Below are positions 1 through 13,900 of a stretch of DNA of 64,000 nt, in pieces. The position numbers and the translations under genes were made by a program. The notes below the pieces were generated by a model. It was not told where the DNA came from and did no database searches. It saw nothing but the letters and a program-made list of their open reading frames with translations. Numbering within the stretch: position 1 is the first letter of the stretch; the number at the start of each line of letters is the position of its first letter. Source of the stretch: Moniliella sp. 'wahieum' (taxonomy: Eukaryota); the NCBI GenBank assembly GCA_003971905.1, contig RSEE01000008.1:992001-1056000 (forward strand). Reading direction: 5' to 3'.

Positions 1-258
1 ACGCCAGGCTCGGCCACGACCATCGCGCTTCCGCCGACGACCGTGGCAAAAAAGGTTGAGGAACAGACGTGGGAGGAGACCTCCTCCTCCGACCCTTCCG
101 GTTCTTCCCCCACCCGCTCGTCCCACAGGGTAGAGGTGGAGCTCGCCGCTCCATCCACACCCACCTTGGTAGATCCTTCGCCTGAACCATCCGTCCTCGG
201 GCACGCTACAGCTGCCGCTCAGACAGAGCCAGGGCCGGCGGCGGGGGGGGCAGTGTAA
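1..258 (+). CDS. 3' end of an unidentified Ser/Thr/Pro-rich protein (partial, runs in from the left edge)
   Basis: Frame 1 is open from base 1 to TAA at 256-258 (...TEPGPAAGGAV*), followed by a T-rich 3'UTR-like tract. No recognisable domain. Confidence 0.45.
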   Translation, partial: TPGSATTIALPPTTVAKKVEEQTWEETSSSDPSGSSPTRSSHRVEVELAAPSTPTLVDPSPEPSVLGHATAAAQTEPGPAAGGAV

Positions 259-612
259 TTTTTTTTTTTGCTCACACAATGTACCATAGTACCCTATATG
301 GCATGTGGCGGTGCGGCAGAAGAAGCGAGGGAGAAAGTCATTGCGAAGCATTGGTACCAACGATTGAGCGGATGAGCTCACCATGATAGTACAACTACTC
401 AAGAGACTTGCCCCAACCATCGCGACTAATAATATTTTTGCCAGAAAAGTCTATATCGGAAAACTGTGGGTGTTGGGCCCGGTCTCTTCCATCAGTGGGT
501 CTTTACTACAGATACGGAAACCAGATTGTCTACTCGTCCTGGAACCAATAACAGGTGAATCAAATCTTCACTCGACTGATGAAGCTCATCGATCAATCGA
601 TATAGATGAGCT

Positions 613-3600
613 TTACCGACTGTATCGACTGTATTGCTTGTTGTGTCGTCCACATGCGGACTTGCTGTGCAGCATATGTTGTTGTGCGGACGCAGACTGC
701 GTCTGCTGCTGGCCTCGCGACCGCCAGCGCGCAAGCAGGACACGAGGCGAAAAGACACGGAAGAGGTAAAAGCACACAAAGCATGCTGCCCAATTGAACG
801 CAATGTAGATGATGAAGATCCACGCATTGCGACTGGCGTGGTCCATGGCCATGCTGATCGTGTTCAAATACTCGTCTGCGTAGGCAAACGCACACCACCC
901 ACAGCCTCCCGATGACAGGGGCACCCAATACCCCCGGCCGGAGGGGACTCGCTTCGCCCCAGCGCACGCGGGGTAACGTTGTCCAACGAGGGACTAAAGT
1001 TGTCGAGGTAATCGGAACACGTCAGGCCCGGGGGAGGGGATATCGGAACCAGCTCTTGCGGCGCACAGAGGATCGGCCGACCGGCCATCGCATTGCCCAT
1101 CTGCGCTTCGACAAAGTAGTGCACCGGTGTGGCGGTAATAATGCGACGCCACAAACTGGGCATGACGCTGGGTGGGACCGTGACGCCGCTGAGGAGGAGG
1201 CAAAACGAGTAGAGTAGAAGGCCGAAAACAGCACGCCCCCCAGGACGGGACTCTGGACCACATTTGCACCGACATGGCCATCAAAGGCCAAAAGCTGTAA
1301 AACAGAAAGACTGTCCAGGCAAAGGATTTGCCAGCCGACCCCACTTTGCCTCCCATCAACCACCATGGAAGCCAGTACAAAAAGCCACAGAACCAGTCCC
1401 ACGGCACCTCAACCGCCATGTACGTCGCAACAAATACCACCCAAGAGTAGATCTTGGCCCCCTGTTCCCTGGTTTTCAAACACCTCGCGCATACTGGTGT
1501 AGTGAGGTAACATATGCGAAGCCAAGGGCACCCTACCACGGACTGCATGTGGAACCACATTCACAGAGGGGAACAGAGCGGTTATGTGTTGTGACAATAA
1601 TGGAAGTTTAAGAGGCTCTAATAAAGTATGCGCGGCGTGAAGATATTGTTATGCGTGTGCACGTACCGGAAAAGTGGGAAAAGAGATTGACTTGGAGACT
1701 GGCTAGGCTCGACTTACTGCCCTGCTGCCAAAATGACGATCCAATGAAGAGCCCGGCAACGAGGTTGAGTGCCATTTTGGAGCCCAAGTAGGCAGGACTG
1801 CGCCAAAAGTGGATCCAGGTACGACGGAAAACAATTATGAATTGGCCCAAGAAGCCCACGGCGTATTCCGACTCATCTTTCTGCCTACTTGAAGTGTCGG
1901 TCCCTAGGTTGCCTCGGCGGTCCTCGAACTCTTGTATGTCATTCTCGATCCTGGCCGCCATCTCACTTTGCTGGTACACAGTTGTCCAATCCTCTTGCTC
2001 GACAGTGCGCGTACCAATGCAGTCCATCATGAACTCCGCCGGATTGGCGGACCCACAAGCGCGGCCAGAGTGGTTCTCAAAGTGGCCAAGCAATGCTCCA
2101 CAGGACCGTTCGGGGGTGTGAATCGGGCCGTTGAAGAGCAAGTTGCCTTTGTCAAGAAGCAGTAGACGATCAAATTGGGCCAACAACTCACCACTAGGCT
2201 GATGGATGGTACAGAGGATGGAATGGCCTGCGGCAGCCATGCGCTTGAAGAAACGGACGAGGGACAAGGCCGTCAGACTGTCCATCCCCGTCGTTGGTGG
2301 TTCGTCAAAAAAAAGGAGGTGATTGGGATTTGCGGCGAGCTCCACACCAATGGTCAAACGCTTGCGCTGCCAGCATCCAGCCCTTCTGCGTCCTCTTCTT
2401 TGCCAACCAAAGCATCGGCCCAGGAACCCATGTCAAGCAAGTCGATCACTTCTTCACACCAAGCAAGTTTTTCCTGTCTCGACTTGGTGGTCTGTTGACG
2501 TAGCATAGCAGAGAATTGCAAGGCCTCTCGGACGGTAGTGGTCGACAGATGAGTGTCCATCTGCTCGCAGTAACCTGTTTGCTGCGAGAAGTTAGGTGGC
2601 AGCGGATATCCATCATAGGTAAAGGTGCCAGTCACCGTCCCCGCATCCTTGGTCCTTCTCGCCAGCACGTTCATTAATGACGTCTTGCCCCCGCCAGAGG
2701 GCCCCATGATGGCAGTCAATTGTCCAGGGGCTACATAGCCTGTCGCCCCGTTCACAATCCGACGTGGCGCTTCGCCGGGGACGGGCACGTCGTACTTCAC
2801 GTCGTGAAACGTGAAGATGCGCCGTTGTTCTTTGCGCATATAATGAGCCTTAGCGAACTGTGATGTCTGGGTGAGAGGCAGGGTATTCTCCGTTGCCCCA
2901 TTCATGCCCGTTAGAGATTTGCCTGATGATGTAGCACGACGGACAAAGCGTAATCCCCGGGACCGGAACGTTCTGATACTTGGAACTCGCATGCCACCGC
3001 ATAGGCCACCACCAAGCCAAGCCAGATGCTAAACAAGCCAAATCCCAGCGCCCAGCGACGGTTCCAAGTCACTGTCCAAATCCCACACACAGAGAGTGTA
3101 AGTAAATCAAGTTGTTTCTCTTCGCACCCTAAAAAAGGAGGGGGCGAGTGCCAACATACAATCATACCTGATTTTGAGGTACTCGGCCCCATTGGCCCGG
3201 TCCGTTCCAGGGGCGACTTCCACGGAAGAGCAAGTGCGGTAGGACGATGATATACCCTGGTATGCTTCACCTCCTGGAACCATCAAGGAACAGGCGGCGT
3301 CCAACTTGCGAAACTCATTGGTCACAATGAGTTCAAAAGCGATCGCAATCGGGTTAAAGTAGGTGAGCCACTTCCACGCTCTTACCATCGATGGCCGTGG
3401 GATGACATAGCCCGAATAAAGCGTAAAGTCGATGATTGCAAGCCCAGCCATCAGAGAGGCATGCTCTTTTGCATGAAAGAGTGCAGCAAAGAAACGATTG
3501 AGGGCGACTGTGGTCTCAGTTTGGAGGAATACAACACTCAAAGTAACAAAGAACTGGCTGGGCGTTCGGCCAAGGTTACAAAGAAAAACATGACGATCAA

Positions 3601-5665
3601 AAAGATTGCCAGTGGCGGGAAGCGAAAGATGAGATCAAGTAAGGAATTGGCTAACGAGTCGGCGCTGGGCCGGACCATACCAAACTTTTTGTGACGGATG
3701 ACAATACGCCGTTGGTCGTAGCCGATCACGATCTCTGTTTGAGCCAAGAAGGAGGTGTACAGGAGCATAAAGAACAAAGCGCTCGTACGAGGGAAGAACC
3801 TTCTGTCGTAGGGGACAAGTTGTAAAGCACGCTCCCATATAAAAGACCTTGGGCAAACATGACCGTCAGGACGACGAAGTGTTGCAATGTATTTCCACTC
3901 TGAATGAGGAAGCGGCGGTAGAGGCACATGCGCAGTTGCTGGATCCAGGTCGTAGCATAACTTAAACCTTGGCTTGCTCCCGCTTTGCGGCGATTGAGAT
4001 TGCGGGCCAGCTCTGTGGCCAAAGCCCCGGCTCTCCTTGTCCCGTTTGGTTCGTTGTGTTCTAGCTCAGCCATGGCAGCATCTATCTCCTTGGACAACCG
4101 CTGCCCCAGTTTGCTTGAGCGCCAATGGATTTCCATGTCGGAAGCTTTGAGAGGAGCAGTGTCTTTATACCCCTCATCGATGTTGCGTGCTGATGGGTCT
4201 GTCACAGAGACAAGAAAGTCCGCGCAGCTTTGGTGCGGGATTTGGCGGTAACCCATATCGGTAAAATACTCGACAGCTCGATCGGTGGGACCCAAGTAAA
4301 CCACTCGTCCTTGGTTCAAGAGACAGACTCGATCAAACTGGGTAAAGATAGGGTCCCCTGCTTGATACATAGCCGTCGCAATGGAGGCATTGGATGCACG
4401 GGCAGCCGTCTTGAGAGAATGGGTCACTTGGGTTGCCGTGCAACTGTCAAGTCCATCCGTTGGCTGATCCAACAGCAAAACCCGGGCTGCCAGAGCCATG
4501 CCCTCATAAACGCTCACTCGTTTCTTCTCTCCGCCGGAGATTCCACGGATTACTGCATTGCCAATCTTGGTATTGTAAATGTGCTTGAGTCGCAGGGCTG
4601 AGGCAAGGGCATGGCGTAGTGTCGACACATACTTCGCCCGCGTGTTCTTCTGCACACCAGAGGCAAGGCGGATTTGTTTGGAAGGGGCCCTAGTTGCATT
4701 AGCAAAATCCATTGTCTGGCGCACAGTAAGCGTAGGAAAATGCACGTCTTCCTCTGCCAGGTAAATCACTTCTCCGCGCTAAAGAATGAAAGAGAGAGAT
4801 AAGAGAGGAACATTTTTGTGTCAGATTGCTGTGCTCTCCTGCAAGATCAATTGAGGGTACGTACAAAAGGCCTGTCAATGTCGTCGGTGGTGAAATGAGA
4901 ATACCGCACATCGCCAGTGACGGATTGGAAGCTCTCGCGGTAGTTCGCAAGCGACTTGGGCAAAGTGGAACATCCGCTCCCGGGGCGGCCAAGGACAAGA
5001 AGCATCTCGCCTGGATGCATCATTCCAGAAGAAGGATGAAGGATGTTCTTGACCGAAGGGGACGCCGTGATGTTTCCCAACAGTTGGAGTGGAGACAGAA
5101 GGAGGGAGAGCATATTGTTGCCGTACTTGGCGCTTGGGCTAGAGCCTTGCACTGCCAGATCGCACCAAATGACTGGCAGGGGCGAGTTGCGGGTGCCATG
5201 AGTCGCCTGACGCATCACGTCGTCACCACCTGGTCGGGCGGAATGCCTTCTCGTCTGCGCCACCTTCGGTCAAGGTAGCGGTAGTCGATGAGGCGCTGCA
5301 GGCTGAAACGGGGCAGATAATAGCTAGACCCTGGGTCAAAGAGAGTCGGCGGGTAGGTGTCGGCATACAGGCTAGATGCAGGGCGGTGGGAGGAGGGCAA
5401 GCCATGGGAGGGGTGGCAGGGTGAGTGCGGTGGCATGGCTACTTTCGCACGCATTGAGGTGGGACAAGGAGGTGCAGATGCTGGTGGAGGCGGTGGGGGG
5501 GTAGGAGTGGTAATTCTGCTCTTCCTTGTCGGCGCATGCTTGGGCCAAGGCGACGGGTGGCTCTCGAGGGGGGGTGAGGGACTGCGGGGTGGTGCTGCGA
5601 AAGGAGGGGTCTGCCAGCGACGCAAAAGAGGGGGAGGGGATGATGGGGTGGCGTGAGTCGGACAT
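613..5665 (-). CDS. Full-size pleiotropic drug resistance (PDR/ABCG) ABC transporter, NBD-TMD-NBD-TMD; multiple introns and frameshifts
   Basis: NBD1 Walker A GRPGSGCST, YLAEEDVHFPTLTVRQT and ISGGEKKRVS. TMD1 YSGYVIPRPSM..W..YFNP..FELIVTNEF. NBD2 GPSGGGKT, TGYCEQMDTH, LTIGVELAANP..LLFFDEP, ILCTIHQPS, NPAEFM. C-terminal PPPGLTCSDYL. Start placed at gccATG 5665 (MSDSRHP), stop at 613. Confidence 0.92.
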
Positions 5666-5761
5666 GGCGGGGGGGCGGAGGGAGGGTGGGAGGGAGGGAG
5701 GGCGGAAAGAAGACGGGGGGTGGATGCCACCCCAGCAGCGCCCGGCGCATCGGCACCGGCG

Positions 5762-5767
5762 TTTATA
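5762..5767 (-). promoter_or_regulatory. Putative TATA box of the ABC transporter gene
   Basis: TATAAA on the minus strand about 100 bp upstream of ATG 5665, within otherwise very GC-rich DNA. Confidence 0.4.
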
Positions 5768-6230
5768 AGGCGAGGGACGAGGGTGGATGCGTGTGGTGCA
5801 CCTGGCCTGCTGGGGTAAGCATGCACTCCCAGCCTGCATCCCCCGACTGCATACAAGCCAACTCACCCGCTGCCCAGCACACCGCAGCGGCAGACCGAAA
5901 GCCAATGGCAACCCACCCAACAGCAGGGGGGCTGCACCCACCCGCTGTGTCCCAACGCACCCACCCCAGATCGCCGCCCCCTACAGACTGCCCCAGACGC
6001 CCTGGCCACGCGCACTCCCCCAGCAGCACGCCTCTCCGCCTCGCCGCCTCGCCCTCCTCCTTGCTTGCTTCGGCTACATATGCGACTGGGCGCCGCAGCA
6101 CTCTCGGCTCTGGGCAAAATGGATGTTTGGTGCGCCCCAGTCCCTCTGGGGCTTGTCGATCTGCGCTTGCGCTTGCTCGGAGATGCATCCCCTGCCACGC
6201 CAGGGGGAAACTGCACTGCACCCCTTACGG

Positions 6231-6918
6231 TTACGATGCGTACGTGCTGCCTTCGGCCGGCTGCGGCAGCTTGCGGTTGGCTGGCAGCGCCATCTCCCTG
6301 CCAGCAAGCACAGCAACCACCAGTCAGTCACCTTCCCAGTAAGCAGCCAGGGCACACAGTACATACTTGCGCAGTTCACTCAGCACCGTCTCAATCGTGT
6401 AGTCTCTCCGCCACGACGACAGCACATTCACGCTCGTCGGGTCCACCTGCACGGCCCAGCTGCGTCAGTCACGTCCCTCCGCCCAGCTAGCGTCCGGCGC
6501 CACATACCTTTCCATTCGTCGAGCTGATGCCAGGAAGGTTGATCTTGGTCAGGAAGGCAACCGTTGGCGGCTCGTCCGGGTAGTTGGGGCCACAATGGAT
6601 CGTAAGCGAGTAGATCCGGTTCTGGTGGACCGAGTGCGGCGGGCCAATGATCGTACCGTTCCAGTTGGACATGAGCATGTCCGCACCATCATCCAGCCCA
6701 TAGCTCAGCGTTCCATCTCCCAACCCTTCTCGCCCTTCTCCAATTCCTCCAGAAGACGAAAGTTGCGCGGGACTGGCCGGGGAAACCAACAGTCCAGGGG
6801 CAAAGGCATGGTCAGACAGCAAAGTTCAAGGAGATGAGTGGCCGTTGCCACGTGGAGAGAGTTTTCTCCCCATAGCCCATCAGCGGCAAGGGGTGTGAAT
6901 GGACATACCCTTGGCCAT
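6231..6918 (-). CDS. MMS2: Ubiquitin-conjugating enzyme E2 variant (UEV1/MMS2)
   Basis: Spliced model MAK|VPRNFRLLEELEKGEKG..GDGTLSYGLDD..WNGTIIGPPHSVHQNRIYSLTIHCGPNYPDEPP..KINLPG..NGK|VDP..WRRDYTIETVLSELR|..EMALPANRKLPQPAEGSTYAS*. Three GTATGT introns; one frameshift near 6725. Confidence 0.95.
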
Positions 6919-7569
6919 GTCAATCAGGTGAAGGCAGTGAAGGTGGTGGTGGTGGTGGTGATGGCGGCGGTGTCGATGCCCAACCGCTTATGCGCGCAGG
7001 CTGATGTGGCCCTGGCTTTGCTGCTGGGCGTACGAGGGTGATGACGTGAGATGCATGCCACTTATCGCGGGCACGCATCATGCATTACGTGGCGTGTGAT
7101 TGCCACCACCTCGAGCTCCTGGAGGCGCCACGGGACTGCGAATTCGAGGGGGTGAAATGTTGACTAAGGCACCGCACTTTAACGGCAAAGCACTAACCCT
7201 ACTGTAATTAAACCAGTTGAACGTTGACCGCCCGCTTCTTGGCATCAAGTACGGACATATGCATTTGCTGATGCTTTTTTGTTCACCTTCGATTAACGAT
7301 TCCTGATAGATTTCTCACGCGTTACTCACGATTTGGATTGCCTGCGTGGACCGCACCCAGACCCCCCCCATAACATCCGATGAGGAACATGGCTTTACTT
7401 GAAGACACTATGCGAAGCTCCATCACGCTGTGGGACTATAATACCCCGGAGTTACACATTCGCGTTTCTGCGTTTCGAGGCGTGCGACGACAAAGCGCGA
7501 AAACATAAATGCCGTCGATATTGTATACAGAGACATGACGTGCACGATGCGCGACAGATGTTTGTGAGT

Positions 7570-9101
7570 TCAGTTGGGTGCAAGGCTCACCTCCAGGAGC
7601 TCCACCACCCCATCGCGTTCGGGCAGATGTGCGGTGGGGAAGCAAGGGTAGTCGATCCTCGTCTCGTCGTTGTGGCCTTCGACCCATTGTGCGGGCACAG
7701 CAAGGGCAGCGTACCTGCTCAGCTCGACCGAACGGAACACCAATCCATTTTCAGTTAGTTGGTCCAGGAAGCGGCCGTAGGTAGTCTCGTTGCGCTGGGT
7801 ACTTCCAACCAGGGCTACGGGCCGTGGCGCGCCCGCCTCCCCTGCCCCCGCTTGCAACGCAGCTCGAATAGACTTGGCCAGGGCAGGAATGATAGCTGGG
7901 TCGAAAACGACATCAGCTGCAAGAATGAGCGTGGGACGAAATGCGGCAAGGAGCTGGAGCCCCGGCGAGGCAGCCGAAGCCTCGGGCTCGGAGGGGCTGT
8001 CACTAGGATCCTCCAGCTCCGATCGCCAGCGTGGGCGGGGCGGCATGGCGTCCCAGAAATCAAACGATTCGATTTGCATCTCACACGGGCGGCGAGTTGA
8101 TTCGTCTTGTCTCGGCCAGGCGGGTGAGCACATTGGATGCAACGTCGTGGCTAGGACTTGACCCCCACCTGCTCGCTGCAGTACTTGGGCACACAGGGCA
8201 GCCAAAAACCCAGCACCAGCACCCAACTCAAGCACCCGGCTGTGCTGTGGCAGAAGCGTGTCCTGGTGGGCTAGGAGGTGCGAACCCAAGCGGATGCTGG
8301 CCTCCCATGTTTGTAGCCCGGTCGTGCCTTCCGCACAAATGCCGATTCTTCCGGCACGGTCACGCCGCCCCACCCTTGGAACAGATCACAGCCATCATTT
8401 AGTGCAGCACCTGGACCTGGAAGGAGCGGGTACAGGTAGCGGGCAAAGAAGGTTCCGGCCCCACCTTGGCCTTCGAGCGCATGGGGAGCCGGTTTGTTAT
8501 CAGGCACATTGAGCCCGAGAGCGACCGCTGCTAGCGGGTGGTCGGCGGAGTGCGAGGGTCTGCGCAATGGGGAAAACGGGTAAGAAAAAGGGTGGAAGGC
8601 AGGTCAAGTGGTGCACACGTACGGGGCAATGGGAGGTACCGCAATCAGCTCAGTATACCGCTCGAGGATGCCCTCGGGCATCTCCTTGATTTAGATTAAC
8701 GCAGAGGGAAGAGGGCAGAGGGAAGAGGACAGAGGGCCGTTCACTGGTCAGCGGAAATACGAGAAACAAAACGACAACCCAATGGCACGCACAAAATCTT
8801 CGGCTCCAGGCACGTTTTGGCGCTGCGCTTGATCGATAGCAGATTGCAGACGGGCCATGAGCTGTTTGAAGAAACTCTTGCGGTACTGGTAGGGCGGGAC
8901 GGGGCAGACAAGGGACGCGTCTGCTTGAGACGATGGCCCAAATAGGTCTTGCTCCAGCACCGGCAACAGCTGGACCAGCGCTTCGGCCGACGGCCACAGG
9001 AAGAGCGGGGAGCGCAGCGGCAGGGACTGCTGGTACTGGAGGCTCAGCGCCTGACGCACAGGCAGCAGTGCCGGGTCGATACGCATCGCACAGTCGGCCA
9101 T
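7570..9101 (-). CDS. EFM3: Protein-lysine N-methyltransferase, EFM3/EEF2KMT (FAM86 + methyltransferase-16 type)
   Basis: GTTGLQTWEAS, SAM-binding VLELGAGAGFL, ILAADVVFDP and STQRNETT motifs. N-terminal FAM86-like PPYQYRKSFFKQLMARL. Introns and frameshifts between 8100 and 8790. Confidence 0.8.
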
Positions 9102-9319
9102 GGGTGGTGGTGGTTTGGCAAAGGCGCACATGTTTGCATTTTCGTGGGCCTCTGGTGGACACTGCCCCCCCCGCACCCAGGCCCAAAGCACTCGCTCGCG
9201 GCCGAGGACGCACGCGGGACACTGGGGCGGAATTGGGCGAAGCGCACATTTGTTCTTGTGCTGCCGCTGCCCACCTGGTGCCTGGCCTGCTTCCACCACC
9301 CCCGCCTCGCCCGCCACCG

Positions 9320-9959
9320 ATGAACTCGCCCTGGCTGACACCTGTTTACGTCCCGGGAAAGGAGCTCTGCCGCCCGGGGTCAGTGAGGATGAGCGGGAGC
9401 AGCTGCAGCAGCTCGAGTACTGGTCCAAGTTTGGTGCCGGGGCGATGGAGAGCTGTCCCGTCAAGTTTGCCATCTCGGGCGTGGCTGGCTTTGGCCTCGG
9501 TGCGTTTTTCCAGCTCTTCTCGGCTGCGCTCAGTGCGGACGACCCAATGCGAAGGACCAACCTGTACCTCCAAGCCCAGGCCGCTGGCCTGCCCGAACCC
9601 AAGTTGAGCACCATGGACCAGACCAAAGAACTGTTTAAAGACACGGGGCGCCAGATGTGGCGCTCGGGTAAGGGGTTCGCCAAGATTGGCGCGCTCTACT
9701 CGGGAATCGAGTGCTGTGTGGAAGGGTACCGGGCTAAGAACGATATTCAAAACTCGATCATTGCTGGTGGTCTGGCAGGCGCCATCCTGGCGCGCAACTC
9801 GGGCATCAAGGCCATGGTCGCTGGTGGCGTTGGCTTTGCCGCCTTTTCCAGCGCGATCGACCTCTAGTACGTTCTTCCTGACTTTTTTTATTTGGGTTTC
9901 AAGTTGCTAATCCTACCTCCTTTTTCAGTCTGAGGAGAGAGCCTGCGGACGAGCCATGA
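9320..9959 (+). CDS. TIM22: Mitochondrial inner membrane translocase subunit Tim22
   Basis: AMESCPVKFAISGVAGFGLGAFF..GKGFAKIGALYSGIECCVEGYRAKND..AGGVGFAAFSSAIDL, then intron 9868-9928 and YLRREPADEP*. Frameshift near 9365. Divergent from EFM3 with about 220 bp between ATGs. Confidence 0.95.
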
Positions 9960-10999
9960 TGCATGATGCCCGAAGCCCACACTTTGGTCACCCTCCCCCC
10001 CCCTCGAAAATACGGATTCAAGGGCTCGGTTCACCGGTCACCCGCGGGGTTGGCCTTGGTTCCGCTGGACCGGACCGGACCAGTCGGATTTCGTGCCCGC
10101 ATGGAGCAGGATACTGTACCAGTGTTAATTTGCCCGTGGTACTCGGGTACGGTAGGCGCCAGCTCCTGCAGGGCCCCTTTCACCGCCTCTCCCTTAATTG
10201 CACTGCTTTCGTACCATCTTCTACTCCACCTTATGGGTATCCCTTGGTTGCTTGGCAGCCCAGCATTCCCCGGCCCCCATCTCATCCCTGCCGGGCCATC
10301 GGGGACAATACGATGTGCGATGCCATCCATTACCTGCATCACCTGCATCAACGTTCAACGTTCCGTTGTGTATGTCCTATGCCCGCGCGCCGGGTACCGC
10401 GCTGACGGCCGTGGGAGGCAGTGGAGTGGGAAATTTGTCAGCTGCCCGCCCCCGCTCAGACAAGGCTCAAAATGCCCAGTCAGACGCACGACAGAACAGA
10501 TACCTACCCCGTCCTCCTTTCCCAACGCCTCGGCGAGATCAAGAGGGTCTATCGACTACCACTGCCAGCGAGCACTGTACTGGACTCACTAGCTCACTGG
10601 ACTCATGAGTATAGAATAGCCGTGCCCGAGCCCGTGCCCGCGCGTAGGGCACAGTGCAGGGCGAGGGTAGGTAAGGGCGAAGATAAGGATCGGGTGTGAG
10701 CGCTGCAGCGCAAAAGGGAGCCGGCGCACGCGCCCTCCCAACCCCGATTCCCCCAATTCGACCCGAGCGAGATGGAGCGAACCATGTGGCGAGCAGCGCG
10801 GGTCGGGTGAAATGCAAATAGAGAGATGGGCAGGCGGCCACCGCCCCCACCGTGCCAGGAAGCTTGAAACTGGTGCGGGGTATGAGGTACATAGGCCACT
10901 TGCATGGCAGGACGCACGGCCACAACGTACATCGGCAAGAACGGCGAACGGCGAACGGGAGCGGCAACAAGGCACCACCGTCCCCAGCGTCCCGCCCCC

Positions 11000-13900
11000 G
11001 TCCGCGTCGTAGGTCCGCTTAGCGGTCCACGGGCACAGGGGAGAGGGGGGGACGGGACGTGTCGGCCTCGTGGCCGACGAGTTCGGTGGCCATGGCCGGA
11101 CTGACCTTGTACCCCCTGGCACGGACAAACTCATGTGGCCCATCCCCATCGGGCGCGGAGCTTTCGGCCTGCGACCGGGACAGGGACGAAGAGCGGCGTC
11201 GCGCGCCCCAAGCGACGGCGACGGCGAAGGCGAAGGTAAAGGGGAAGGCGAGGCAGGCGTCTTGGCCCGACCCAAGTGCGGCGGCGGGGGCTTGTGCGCA
11301 CGCAAGCGGGTACTCATGCCCTTGGCGCCAAGCGAGCGCGCAGGCTTGCTGGCCTTCTTGGCCTTGCTGCTGCCGGCATCGGACGCGTCGTCGTCCATAG
11401 GATGAAAGGTCAGTGCGCGCATAAAGTGCTCCACTTTACGGTGCGCCCCACCGGCCACCGACGGCGCTTGCGCTTGCGCTTGCGCTTCGTCCCGTTCGGT
11501 TCTGCAGCCTCCTCTTTTTCGGGCGTACGCGGCGGCTTGGTCACGGCCTCGTCCGAGGCACCTGGACTGGTCCCAGCAGCTTTGCCCGCCTCGCGATTGT
11601 CAAACTGCGCTGTACTGGGCGGCTCGGGGAGCGTTGCTTGGCCGTTGCATGTTTCGCCGCCGTGGCGGCGGAAAGGACGAGGTGGCAGCGGTCAGGGCCA
11701 AGGAAGAAAACGCGCCAAAGGAGCTGGTCTTTTTACGCTTATGCTTCACTGCCGCCCCGGCCTCGGCGGTTTCTTCGCGCCCGTCGAGGGGAAGGCGAGC
11801 GCGGAGGAAGAGTGGAGGTGGAGGTGTTGCCCGAGGGCGGCGGGGTGACCTCGGCCTTGGTACTGGACCCACTGCTACGGAAATTGAGTGCATGGCGCAT
11901 GTTGCTCGAGAAGGACCGAGCGCCATGCGTGCTCCCCGTCTCGTCCGACGCGGCGGCGGCCACGATCGAGTCGGACACGGCGCGATCGGTTGCCGTCAGC
12001 GCAGTGGGAAGGGCGGCATGGGACGCTGGCGGGGTGGGATCGGCCGGGCCACCATGCGAGGGCCGGTGTTTGCGCCGAAAGGCCATGCGCCAGGACGAAT
12101 CGGTGGAGCCCTGGGTCAAAGTCACCGACTCGTCCGCCGCAGCATCTGGTGTCGCCGCACCACCATGGGAGGAAGCAGTGCCACGCGACGTACCCGCCCC
12201 CTCGCCCGGGGAAGGGGAGCCAGCGTCATTCGGACCAGTCACCTCGGGCCCAGTGGACGCAATGTCCAGCACACGGATCTTGGCAGAGGAAGGGTTGCCC
12301 AGCAGGGTATATTCGCCCACCGATCTGCGCCGCTGCATCCGTGCTGCTGCCACTGCCGCCGCTGATCCAGCACCGGTGCTCGAGCCCCCCATGATGCGAG
12401 TAAAGCCCGTGCTGGACGATGGCGGTGGGTGGGCCGAGTTGGAGGTAAGGCGGGAGCGACCGATGGCTGCGCGTGCGGTAGCGCCCAACGCCGAGGCGGT
12501 CGACGTGGGTGTCGCAACTCCCATGAGAAGTTGGGCAGGAGAGGCGACTCCCAAGTGAACGCCACTGCCACTGAAGCTACTGCTGCCGGCTCCTGTGTTG
12601 GCGCCCCAGCCAGGAGCCGAGTGCACCGCCACCGAGCTGGACGACATCATCATGTGCTTGTCAATCGAAGTGCACTGCGCCGGCGTCGACATCTTGATCA
12701 GAATGTCCACTGATAACCCAGGGCTCGGAGCAGTGGCTTGGCCTGGATGGATGGTTGTGCTCCGCTCGGCGGGCGGACGAGGCAGGGGTTTGAGGGCCGG
12801 GTCAACCACGGGTACGGCGGCGAGCGGCTCGGGTTCAGTTGAAGAGTGGGAGGAGAGAGCAGCGTGGAAGAGGGACAGAAAGGGATCGGGGGGCGGTTGT
12901 TTCCTGTCCTTCCTCTCCCCTGGCAGAGGGGATGTGTCGCCTACGGTGGCGGGAGCGGGTTTGGCCCCATGGTCGAGGGGAGCGCTGGTCAGAGGAAGAC
13001 TACAGGGCCACTCTTTGGGGTTCAGACCCATAGGGTGATCGGGGTCGGCCGCCAGCTCGATCTGGCGCTCCAACGTGCTCAGCCAAAGATCCCGCTCCTT
13101 TTGGTTGACGGCCATCACTTCAAAATGATGGTCCTGCACCGAAAGACGGAAACAGCGGGGCGCACGCGACGCGAGCAACTCATCGCTCGCGTACGGCCAT
13201 GTCGTGACGGTCGCTTTGGAGATGGGGAAAAAGTGGCGGACGTCGTAGGCGCCCGACTTGCGTACTTTGGCCATCAGGACAAAGCCCTCAAACAAGACCA
13301 GAGACAGATACTTGTACCGCACCGGCACCTCGGGCGGGGCCAAGGTAGCATGGTGATAATACGTTTGCAAGGGCCCGGCCAGAACCACGGGGCCCATCCT
13401 ACGCAGCAGCTGCTGGGGCAGCATCGGATGGGGCCCCAGCCGTAGAACCAACATCTCTGCCAACAGCTCCCGCTCCCGCCGACGTCCGGCATCATCCACT
13501 TGCGCCGCCGCATCTTTGACGGCAGCAAGAGCCTCTTCAAGCTTGGAATGCGCCTCTGGCATCTCCGATGCATACTTGAGCATCGTGGTCAGCACAAGAC
13601 GATAAAGCATGATGCGCTGGACAGGCTTGACAAAAAAGTCATGGAAGCGCAGCATGGGAGTCGAACGAGAGCCAGTCGTTTGAGAGGGCGAAGGGGAGGA
13701 GGGAGGGGTAGCAGATGCGGCAGGCGTGTTGGTTGGGCCAGTCGGTGCCGCCTGTCCACCTTCAGGTGCCTTTTTGCTCGGTGCTCCCGGATCGGAGCTG
13801 CGGTTCGAAGGGGGTTCACTCGATTCTTGCTTGGAGTTGCTCCCAGGGCCTGAGTTTGAAGGAGCCACGACCGAGGAACCTACTCCCGAACCCGAGCCAG

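Noticed and set aside
240..270. G-run + TG + poly-T resembling a polypurine tract/LTR start or retroposon tail
   Set aside because: It coincides with the stop codon and 3'UTR of the left-edge ORF; no second LTR, RT or integrase motifs.
9956..10970. Several 100-200 aa ORFs between TIM22 and the RhoGEF
   Set aside because: No recognisable motifs; expected by chance in GC-rich DNA between convergent genes.
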